From a virus (Duplodnaviria > Caudoviricetes), in IMG/VR virus record IMGVR_UViG_3300032327_000961, positions 3,312 through 67,311 of that record: 64,000 nt of DNA. One strand, 5' to 3'. Positions 31,801-38,225 of the stretch are shown in pieces. The position numbers and the translations under genes were made by a program. The notes under the pieces were generated by a model that saw only the letters and a program-made list of their open reading frames with translations, was not told where the DNA came from and did not search any database. Positions within the stretch are counted from its first letter, which is position 1, and each line of letters starts with the position of its first letter.

Positions 31801-34800
31801 CTTGTTCTATAGTAACATGATAACCTAAAATAAAATCAGCTATAATATTATTATTATCTCCTTTAGTTGATATTCTTATTTTAATAATATTACCTTCTTT
31901 TGTTACTACACCATCTTTGTCTTTTACTTTAAAATAATCTGGTTCAAATTGTATTGTGTTTTGAGAAGTTTGATTCTTAATAAAAATAAGATTATTTAAT
32001 TCTTTTGCTGCTTTTTCTGTAAACTCTTTTGTATTAACTTTTTCTACTTGTTCTAGCAAATCAGTTATTTTAACACTAATTTTATTTAATTCTGCTATAT
32101 TTAAATTAACAGTAGTTCCACTAATTCTTCTTTTTCTGTTATTAAATTCATCCAACAAAAAATATAAACCTGGAATAGGTACACCATCTTTGCCTAATTG
32201 CGGTACATCTTCTAATTTTACTAATCTTTCATCTCCATTATCTAATAACTCAAAAACTTTATTTTCAGAAACACGATAAGGTTTTCCGTTCTTAGCAAAT
32301 GGCGTTTTTTTAATTAATTCAGATAAAGGTAAAGTAGCCTTATTATTAAAACTGATTCTGTCTTTTATAGTTAATTGAACATACATTTGTTTATTAACTT
32401 TTAATTCGTTTTGAAATTTACCAAGATTAATTAAATCTTTTTCCCAATCTTTATATCTATCAATTAAATCTTGAGTTAATACATAATTTTTACTAGCATC
32501 TTTAAATTCTCTTAGTTGTTTAAATTGATTTTCTAATTGGTTTTTTGTAGCTAAATAACCTAAAGATACAACTTCTTCTTTCCTAACATTATTTTTATAA
32601 GTTTGTACTTTTACATAAGCATTAAATTGACCATTATCATTGTAAACAACAAAAGGTTCATTTGCAGTTAAATTTACACTAGAAGGATTAATCAAAAAAG
32701 AGTAATACTCATTCCTTAATTCATTTTGAGAATCAAATTTCTTTTGGTCTTCTGGTAAATATTTAGTTTGGAAATTAAATAATCGGTGTCCTTTAAATAA
32801 TGGATTATCCAAAAACTTTTTTACCTGATCACTTTCTTTAGTAGAATCTAAATTCTGTATTACAGGTGGTTTTACATTGCTAATTTTTTTACTATTATCA
32901 AAATGTGTAGTTTCAAAGAAAATAATTTTATTATCTATATTCCCTTTTAAATATTCTTTTTTGTTTTCAAGTAAACTTGTATATGCCTGAAGTTGTATTG
33001 AATAATTAACTTTGTTTGAATCAAAAGAGTTCTTACTATTTTTAACATCAAAAATAGTAATTTTACCATCTTTTTTACTAACTCCAATTACATCTATTTC
33101 ACCTGCTATATTTACCTTTTCATTAAAAGCATTTACATCAGTATATAACTGATAATCTTCATTTAATTTATTAACTGTTTTTCTTATTTCTTCTTTTAGT
33201 TTTTCAAATTCTTCTTTTTCTACAACTTTGTATAATTCTTTTGATCTAGCATCATGAGTATTAACATCATAGTCCAATAAACTTTCATAAGAAATAAGTT
33301 TTATGTTTTTTGGATTATTAATTCTAGCTATAGCTGATTTAAATAAAGCATCTACTAAATTACCAAATGCAATAGCAGTTTTAGCAGAATTTTGTTCTAT
33401 TGCTTTATCTTGAAATATATCTGTTTCTACATCTAAACCTGTATTAATATCTTTGACTTTAATTTTAGAACTAGCAGGTAACCTTTCTTCTTTTCCAAAA
33501 ACTTTTTTAAATGCCCTACTTACTCTTAAATATTTTTCACCTTCAATAGTATAGTAACCATTATCTTGTTTTATAGTCTTTTTACTATTTTCTTCTTGTA
33601 TAGCATTTATCAATGAAACACTATTGTCAAATGTTGTAGCTATTGAACTTCTTTGAGTTTTCTGATTTGTTTGTTGTTGATTAGAACTAGGATTTGAATT
33701 ATTAGTAGTATTACTAACTGGATTACTAACTGGATTAGTAGTAGGATTAGTAACTGGTGCTGGTGTAGGATTAGTAGGATTAGTAGTATTACTACTAGGA
33801 TTAGGATCAGTAGGATCAGGATTTGGTGGTTGTGTAGGATTTGGTGGATTTGGTGGATTTTCAGAAGAAGGAGTTTCATATGAATAAGAACCATCTTCAT
33901 TTACATATATTGGTGTTAATTGACCATTAAAATCTATATCTGAATTTTCAAAACCATCTTCTACATTATTATCTTCTGTAGTTGCAGAAACTTGACTTTC
34001 TAAATTTTCTTTTTCAGGTTCTTCTACTGCAACTTCATTTTTTTTAGTTTTGTTTTCACTAACAATTCCTTTTTTAACTAAATCTGCAAAACTAAACATC
34101 TCTTCATAATTTCTATAAAGAGCTTCACGTTTTTGTGCAATTCTTAATAAATCACTAGCTTTTTTATCAATATCTAATCTATCTTGATATGAAATATTTG
34201 TAATAGAAGCAATTTTATCTTTAAGTTGTTTAACTTTTTCTTGGTGGTCTTTTATTTTTTGTCTATAGGCATCATCAAATGCTGCAAATTTACCTTTTTC
34301 AGTTCTAGGTCTTGCAGGTGCTTTTGTTTCACTTAAAGTTTTTTCAACACTTTCTGAATCTATTTTGTCTAAAGTGTTAGTAACAAGAGTTTGTTTATAA
34401 TCTTCTAAACCATTTAATATGTTATTAGAACTTGTTTTTACGTCAGTATCATTTCCAACTTTAGGTATTTCTAAGTCTGCTAATTTATTTAATGTTTCTT
34501 GTGCTACAGAAATCCTATTTGGATTATTTTCAAAATCAGATTTTATTTGATTATAATCTATTGGTATTCCTTTTGATGCAGTAAAAGCTAAAATTTCTGC
34601 TGATAATTTATCTTCTCTTTCTTCTAAGTCCTTAGTATTAGAAGCATTATATATCATCCTATCTTTTAAATCATCTGAAATAGGTAATACAAAACTTGTA
34701 ATTTTTTCATGTAAGCCTTTTATCTCATTTGCTTTTTTAACAAGACTAGCAATTTTATCATTTTTTTCTTGTTCTGATGTAAACTTAGAACCTTCTAGTT

Positions 34801-36418
34801 TATTTACTTCTTCATAAGATAAACTTGTTAAATCTTTAGCATGATCTTCAAATTCATCAAATCTATCTGTTTTTAATAAACTATCAACTTTTGCAAATAA
34901 AACATCATGATCTTCATTTTTATATTCAAAATCGTCATTATTTAATATTGCTTCTTGTTTTGCATCACCTGAACCTTGATTAACAGCAGCATTTTGAATT
35001 CTAGCTTTGTATTTTTCACCAATAGTATCTGATATTAATCTAAAGTCTTTATTTTCATTATAAAGTTTAATTGCATTTTCAACTTGTTTTTTTTCAAATA
35101 CTCTTGAATTTCTATTTAATAAATAAGAAGCACCTCCCATTCCACTACCTATAATAGCACCAATTAACATTTCTGTTTGACCTTCTGTAGTCCCAACAGA
35201 TTGTTTAAATCCTTCTCCTATAGATTCATAAATATCTAAAAGACTACTTTTATTTCTGTCTTCATCTCTTTTAGCAAAATAATCCGATGAAGCATAATTA
35301 AATACTCCTTGTAGCCCTTCTTCTCCTGCTTCTACTAGTGGTAATTTAAGAGCATTTAAAGTATTTTTGCCATATTTAATTGTTTTTTCTAATCCAGTCT
35401 TTGCAGTTTCTTCTACTAATTCACCTGCTGCATTTTTTATTAATTTACCTGCTATTGATTTTCCATACTTTAAAGGTTTAAATAAAGCTTGTATTTCAAA
35501 AGCATTTGTAACTGTAGATAATGCTGCATTTAAAGCAAAATTTACATTCCCTGCTTTATTTGCTTTATCTAATATATCTGCTTTGTCTTGTTCTGGAATT
35601 AAGTTTTCATCTTCAATTCCTAATTCTTTCATTTTCTCTTCTTTTAATCTTTGAAGAGTTTCAAGTTTAGTTCCTCTGGCTTCCGCAGCACCTTCATGAA
35701 TACCTGTTACTGCTGATGATTTTGCTAAACTAGTAGCATTTTTAAATACAACAGCTTTATTTAGTTTAGTTGCAGCTTCTAGTATATTTTCACCTTTTGA
35801 TACTGCACTTATTAATTGATTAGCATGAGATTTAAGAGCTAGTTGTGAAAGTAATTTTAAACCTCTTGCTCCTCCTTTTGTGTACACACTAGCACCACCT
35901 GTATAATAAGCTTCTGCTGCCATTTCAGCTACAAAACCTAAAGCTTCTGGAAGTGTATCACACCATAATTTAGAAGTACCTAATTTTTGCCAAGCATTAT
36001 AATCTTTTTCTTTTTTAGGTTCATAATTAGGAAATTGCTTTGTAAAATCTTCGTAAGTTTTATTTACAAAACTTATTGCATCATTATCATAGATTTTTGA
36101 AAAATCTCTATTAACAATAGCTGATCCTACACCATAACCTATTGCAGGTAATTCTGCTGCACTTTTAACAAAGTTTCCTAAAAACTTAGCACCACCATTA
36201 CCTAGTTCATCTAAATATCCTTGATTATTTGCTCTAATTTCATTTTGATCAAATAAAGGACTTGATAACCTACCATCAAATTTTGAATCTTGAGGAAAAG
36301 CATTATTTTGAAAACCTTGTTCTTCAGGTTTAGAAATAAGTTCTTCTGGACTGAAAAGTGGTTTTGGATTTTCAGAAACAGGTTTTGCTTTATTAATAAC
36401 TACTTTTTTCTCAGGCAT
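22817..36418 (-). CDS. Virion-packaged RNA polymerase polyprotein (phi14:2 gp66-like) with accessory domains
   Basis: 4533 aa. GYRIPTQ...LSGADFDVDSLY carries the DxDxD catalytic motif (26672..26686). It also has two HExxH motifs, a PD-(D/E)XK domain and a NADAR-like segment. Confidence 0.9.
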   Translation of the reverse strand: MPEKKVVINKAKPVSENPKPLFSPEELISKPEEQGFQNNAFPQDSKFDGRLSSPLFDQNEIRANNQGYLDELGNGGAKFLGNFVKSAAELPAIGYGVGSAIVNRDFSKIYDNDAISFVNKTYEDFTKQFPNYEPKKEKDYNAWQKLGTSKLWCDTLPEALGFVAEMAAEAYYTGGASVYTKGGARGLKLLSQLALKSHANQLISAVSKGENILEAATKLNKAVVFKNATSLAKSSAVTGIHEGAAEARGTKLETLQRLKEEKMKELGIEDENLIPEQDKADILDKANKAGNVNFALNAALSTVTNAFEIQALFKPLKYGKSIAGKLIKNAAGELVEETAKTGLEKTIKYGKNTLNALKLPLVEAGEEGLQGVFNYASSDYFAKRDEDRNKSSLLDIYESIGEGFKQSVGTTEGQTEMLIGAIIGSGMGGASYLLNRNSRVFEKKQVENAIKLYNENKDFRLISDTIGEKYKARIQNAAVNQGSGDAKQEAILNNDDFEYKNEDHDVLFAKVDSLLKTDRFDEFEDHAKDLTSLSYEEVNKLEGSKFTSEQEKNDKIASLVKKANEIKGLHEKITSFVLPISDDLKDRMIYNASNTKDLEEREDKLSAEILAFTASKGIPIDYNQIKSDFENNPNRISVAQETLNKLADLEIPKVGNDTDVKTSSNNILNGLEDYKQTLVTNTLDKIDSESVEKTLSETKAPARPRTEKGKFAAFDDAYRQKIKDHQEKVKQLKDKIASITNISYQDRLDIDKKASDLLRIAQKREALYRNYEEMFSFADLVKKGIVSENKTKKNEVAVEEPEKENLESQVSATTEDNNVEDGFENSDIDFNGQLTPIYVNEDGSYSYETPSSENPPNPPNPTQPPNPDPTDPNPSSNTTNPTNPTPAPVTNPTTNPVSNPVSNTTNNSNPSSNQQQTNQKTQRSSIATTFDNSVSLINAIQEENSKKTIKQDNGYYTIEGEKYLRVSRAFKKVFGKEERLPASSKIKVKDINTGLDVETDIFQDKAIEQNSAKTAIAFGNLVDALFKSAIARINNPKNIKLISYESLLDYDVNTHDARSKELYKVVEKEEFEKLKEEIRKTVNKLNEDYQLYTDVNAFNEKVNIAGEIDVIGVSKKDGKITIFDVKNSKNSFDSNKVNYSIQLQAYTSLLENKKEYLKGNIDNKIIFFETTHFDNSKKISNVKPPVIQNLDSTKESDQVKKFLDNPLFKGHRLFNFQTKYLPEDQKKFDSQNELRNEYYSFLINPSSVNLTANEPFVVYNDNGQFNAYVKVQTYKNNVRKEEVVSLGYLATKNQLENQFKQLREFKDASKNYVLTQDLIDRYKDWEKDLINLGKFQNELKVNKQMYVQLTIKDRISFNNKATLPLSELIKKTPFAKNGKPYRVSENKVFELLDNGDERLVKLEDVPQLGKDGVPIPGLYFLLDEFNNRKRRISGTTVNLNIAELNKISVKITDLLEQVEKVNTKEFTEKAAKELNNLIFIKNQTSQNTIQFEPDYFKVKDKDGVVTKEGNIIKIRISTKGDNNNIIADFILGYHVTIEQDNLFQASPLLRKDQARLKIWNENILGNKGKISISNKKITYDDFIPLVNEEIFSNIVVYPNSSTATKDVQNANIIVNDSETSILNGVNIQPISVETQSLGETKIVDDSLAGIELEEDLDDPTDTTSTKVTSAPNINQQETKYDFFGRPIYPIDKNGKEYYPKDENGNEYYLKDKSGNERPIVLDRTMGAYKYNNLLYIYDKEGKLKNPEYADVPFKLQTNNDLTVQDLEKVRKTLKRILPKEISIDSIESLIGRITLTGQELGAYLNNTIYLAKAFEKGTEYHEAFHAVYRSLLTPYEKQYYLNLAKKELGDISREEIAIFRTSNPNYRRLSDEQVVDRIAEEHLADKFQQYMNNRPQALFDKIFRYLKNLISFFTKRENTISSLFKKIENGGFRNATVLNVEGDLVAHKLLTGVPSTIAHNLIYSLVSSKVAYETKTGDVNDTYMQLVTEEEVTNAMNNALLAYTKDTPSDPKLLEELKRLGWRVLPKDSSKMANAYLRPTALDKETGSQKATNNAKIILDQANQAITNLNDLLAIENIENDFAEENENSDKNRDYDANMFENGGINKISKVLKIFLSTIPSTEKLPNGFEVPTVLPLSAVNKVLNATLVGCDSIKEMETRMEKAAQNDNNMALILAKYKDVTDSLNKTDVANTNKPVVKLLNNNFKELFYFQYGQKEYIESDVCLIEGAQSWDEGSKSMIIKSDFSNPKTRLYNATRQSQVLVEIQRQKNNFNEAISNNRNQFKESLKAISGIIARQNFNFTEKDKALLIDINEFQRNLSNIGIDLEKNTILKLNELEDGYAFPNTLSMMFQIILNKPNLSKSKFIDEALKATGDSNFIYKNPFLDYVEEDNIIGKDERSEEKKEIDTRLKVIGLANSNLRYDSQEGNFQNAEKKSQYAYLFRFLAAKRARQAAKIMEENPEYYKYNFFSDKNMSGVTLRGFGGIDYTDKNADGSTFKNISHRELLLAKQLLYNNNTFVFAVHEAASTMTTVKVSPEIAKIQFIEKDKATPALIKAFKGIIDQDNYVKDKMLSLVKDKGIEGKLLDLNSPELEGLSLNIHYSIPKGTRKAQVLSEEHPTVAYNYNTIHHSDIENINSGEENLGVRFPNSRDAAKLTDKELEAEINQYLEDEYQAFGKMLPDYELTSKELFDVSKEDDLRKQVKEYLAKDFIIRHSYQDIIRGEEGNLNIYKNDGDVTKRGKGSIAAGAAPVIYERIRQNDGSFDIEEEQDFTIAINETVIKDLPKFGKTEVDDGGSYDTIERAYKVAKGLGKLTFHTDLLFQVLLENEYLKNYYRDLNTVKTSKAKSSQQYKEVLKRVNKGIQHYRDLELIKKTEEKFKGIDKKSVDNIVTKANKEITNLLISRKFVLVDGSIYAKTAVINLNRETTSKWVESNGIGEWMALEGRDHLHGLLNKMYANKVDVVFTTSSMKGRKENVNYLEDGKYPDVLKTVKAKNNTFRLQMENPSGKLKITDGTQLIQLIDSELDNDTVIDYNGKETTLQTLRDDYQANLAKIREISLNYVKEDLKNVSGFYDYLVDNLISSQGDPNMIEYLSKNAQGLPNYSIDLPNIQNKFEEMFIAYFNSNAFRQKVPGLKLTLVPSEGLAKTDGTPLKLHNYVKGADGKYTFEYAEVLLGAEVLVQNGLTEKEVLDNPALANEIMKMLGYRIPTQSHHSMLPFKVVGFLPSFMGSVVACPSEIVALSGADFDVDSLYAQRKEFTKHRVKFEKDGETRYKTVYSVFNRDKNKKINPNATQEELDQVEFNDFISQIKKNNNKLSDKFDELKDTLKEGQTKLDLIKDLLFDFGYPSTVEELVNHKDYSNYQYNKYAVNNSLLENRLAFFETVQDENVIEGMFTPASIDKLKQVKEILSDIFEKEPTFSYNSLLTQFNHWRSNTISKKNVGIAAVANAISAYLTKLNYKFETTKIKDGAPVVTISKTPEIDGYSSEGINKINEEDIVLVKKDGKVTILLDEKGDYKKTYSRKADSLSTTLSVATDDIKELICAALNLTDKMVPTFTFMLANGYGLTRSSLFISNPILRKASTIKNANPSFKLKEILGDLIANNIKKVESDLARVENKLANYKIFVNEEAATKYGERPEYRNTYSAGKDSEIDSIIAKYKLNLNDVIEHNNKGFGLDYYSVENYSENGLIPLTSQDMLNTLQKPNLITEIQIAKRFIQFEEMSDKFFSPFREFLALNRGIDSKFYAAEELLDKIDTTDNIDFKQIIDNDKVVSQNISATRTIISGASDYTLLQNYSVKTHIDAIVGNIFTDYKKSENKANYIKGFVNYLGLQKMREYLSIKEGEGVFDKYLEKGIPLINKKDKNNIVERYKTLLLSHPELAQNQFIANLVVNEKNGVSILEFNTRMKGDSSFKEAIANAFIDLQLNENLDVQSFATALYNTILFKDGLKFRNGTYISIINPTIMKNYSNGLLELTDRDELAKLLEKTNIEHYTELYISNYNYRTLVKTPDFGKYIESGLLVRKENPDKSIVYEYDKSKATDKSFIKDSFPKYSRVNYAKENWVLRRNQDKTFSLINVAEFKSNSAINPYVFKDNKQKNIVLSNYFKESLTNENTNTREDLENGVENPIKSVQKPVEQPKVEPSKVNQTSSKTQEISSNEKGLYGALTNPTEISFKKGNITEKYEFEYQGEKGTAEQIYQKLKVGNVNDELRGYDYNLMVDIIKAKFAAYPRLKEAFLKELNKGVVFTHQPTNKPSIWHTNNGKDYFIKALTEAATGKKVFNPFTLNNQIEEVVKPEDNNTPNGLDETISTSVDWSKFGKQKLSTAKIIGFTQLNKILKKLSKKFGLPTEYVSSKGNWFGRYNSLTGKVEINTNYDLRLDTPFHEFAHPFIEAIRKTNPELYNRLAQGVIEEGNILSQIQQLYPELSYDEAVEEAVVQSLGELAANKIDNKTLIDSILDFINEIKNKIANILGIPRSMVILDVNTTLSDLADMMTDDSTISLDVLGLKDNYLQENEDLLNQLVAKGLIKLTCKV

Positions 36419-36441
36419 AATAATTTCCTTTTAATTATAAA

Positions 36442-36472
36442 CAAATATAACTATTAAAAACAAGTACTCAAA
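36442..36472 (-). promoter_or_regulatory. Bacteroidota sigma-A promoter (TTTG-N19-TATATTTG) for the RNAP gene
   Basis: -33 and -7 boxes at canonical spacing, 23 nt before the ATG at 36418. Confidence 0.65.
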
Positions 36473-36478
36473 ATTTTT

Positions 36479-38224
36479 TTATTGTGGTAATTCTCCCAAA
36501 TAAGCTTTCAATATATCTCCTTTAAACATCTGTTTTGATAAAGTATCAAAATCAACTTTTTGAGTTTCAGATTCAGTAAACTTAGGATTTGATTGATTTG
36601 GATTTGCCATTACTTTTTTAATATCATCAAAAGTAATACTTTTATCTTTTGGTGTTAAAACTTTATAAAATACATCTGTACTTTTATCTAAAACTGGTGA
36701 TGAGTTTTCACCTACTTTTACTCTTGTATTAGTTCCATTTGCATAAACATAAACTCTTCCTGTTTTATCATCATAATAAGGAACATAAGAAGCTTTTCCG
36801 TCATTAATTGATTTACCCAAAGTGTGCAATACTTGATAACTTTGAGTATTTTCTACACTTTTTGGTGGGTGCATTACAAATGTTTTTACTTTTTTTCCAT
36901 CAGGACTACTTGCAGTCATAAGCATAGAAGCAGGAGCTAATCCACTTGTAGGCATAAATGCTAAATTTGTATTTACATTTTTTACATCATCTACTCCTAA
37001 TTCATCTTTCACAAATTGACCAAAGTCTTCTGGACTTACTGCATTACCTTCTTGTGTAAACCATGCTCCTTTGCTAAATGCTAATAAAGGATCTTTCATG
37101 TCATTACCCAAATAAGTTTTAGCTAGTTGTTCATAAACTTTATTATCTGCTATTGAAAGTATTGTAGGATTTGATTTATTTGAATTTAAATATGCCTTAT
37201 CAAACTCTTCTGTACTTTGATTAGGATTTGATTTTTTAGCTTCTGCTAATAATTGATTATATTGAGCAGAACCAATTCCATCAGTTTTATTTACAAAATC
37301 TCCTTGTGGAGTAGTAAATTGAAAACCACTTACAGAATCAACTAATGGAACTTGTGATGTTACTACATTTGTATTTTTTTGTTTATATATATGTTCAGGT
37401 GCATAATTAAACTCACTTGTACTTTCATTAAATGCTCCACCTTTAGTATATTTTGTAGCAAAATTAACCATTTGCTTCAAAGACTGTTCTGGTGTTAATC
37501 CATATTGTTTTGAAAACTTCCTGAGTAATTGTTTTCCTGCTTGTGTATGAGAATAGTTATTAACTATATAATCAGCAGTTAATCCTTCAATTTTAGCTAA
37601 ACCAATTCCTCCTCCTCCAAGTTGTACTCTATCTCCAGTTACAGGATCTATTTTTGTATATCCATATTTATCAGCTTTAAATTGTTTTGCAAAATCAGAA
37701 ATAGGTTCCATTATTTCTTTATCTAGTAAACCTCTTTCTACATTATATGAATAAGGAGTAAGATTTCCATCTTTTCCTATTGGATTCATATCTTTTTCAT
37801 GTAAATAATCTTGATACCTACCATCTTTTTTTAATTCAGCAATTTCTTTTTGTTCTTGTTCATATTTCCCTTGATTAGCAATTAAAGTTTGTAAGTTAGG
37901 ATCTGCAATTAACTTATTACTATAATCATTAACTGCTTTTTTAAAGTTATAAGATCCATAATCATTGTGTGAATCTGCTATAGCAGTAAGGTTTTTATTT
38001 ACATCTTCTACAAATTTATTTCTATAAGCAGCATCTCTTTCTCCTGCTCCTCTCACAGAATTAAATAATCTTTTATTTTGATTATATAGTTCTTCATTTT
38101 TATCCCAATTTTCCTGTCTTCGTAATAAATTACGCTCAATAAGCTCCAAGTTTTTTGGAGCAAATTGAGAAACGTAAGTTTGAAAAGGGGTTGAAGCAAT
38201 AGGTTCGTTATATCTAGTTACCAT
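36479..38224 (-). CDS. Virion cargo/ejection protein (581 aa)
   Basis: Between the cargo-1-like gene and the RNAP; N-terminal TPFQTYVSQFAP followed by a coiled coil; contains KYTKGG. Confidence 0.6.
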   Translation of the reverse strand: MVTRYNEPIASTPFQTYVSQFAPKNLELIERNLLRRQENWDKNEELYNQNKRLFNSVRGAGERDAAYRNKFVEDVNKNLTAIADSHNDYGSYNFKKAVNDYSNKLIADPNLQTLIANQGKYEQEQKEIAELKKDGRYQDYLHEKDMNPIGKDGNLTPYSYNVERGLLDKEIMEPISDFAKQFKADKYGYTKIDPVTGDRVQLGGGGIGLAKIEGLTADYIVNNYSHTQAGKQLLRKFSKQYGLTPEQSLKQMVNFATKYTKGGAFNESTSEFNYAPEHIYKQKNTNVVTSQVPLVDSVSGFQFTTPQGDFVNKTDGIGSAQYNQLLAEAKKSNPNQSTEEFDKAYLNSNKSNPTILSIADNKVYEQLAKTYLGNDMKDPLLAFSKGAWFTQEGNAVSPEDFGQFVKDELGVDDVKNVNTNLAFMPTSGLAPASMLMTASSPDGKKVKTFVMHPPKSVENTQSYQVLHTLGKSINDGKASYVPYYDDKTGRVYVYANGTNTRVKVGENSSPVLDKSTDVFYKVLTPKDKSITFDDIKKVMANPNQSNPKFTESETQKVDFDTLSKQMFKGDILKAYLGELPQ

Positions 38225-38225
38225 A

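Noticed and set aside
33640-33900. Alternative-frame ORF MKMVLIHMKLLLL... inside the RNAP gene
   Set aside because: It is a by-product of the 9-nt repeats encoding the Pro/Asn linker; not independent evidence of a gene.
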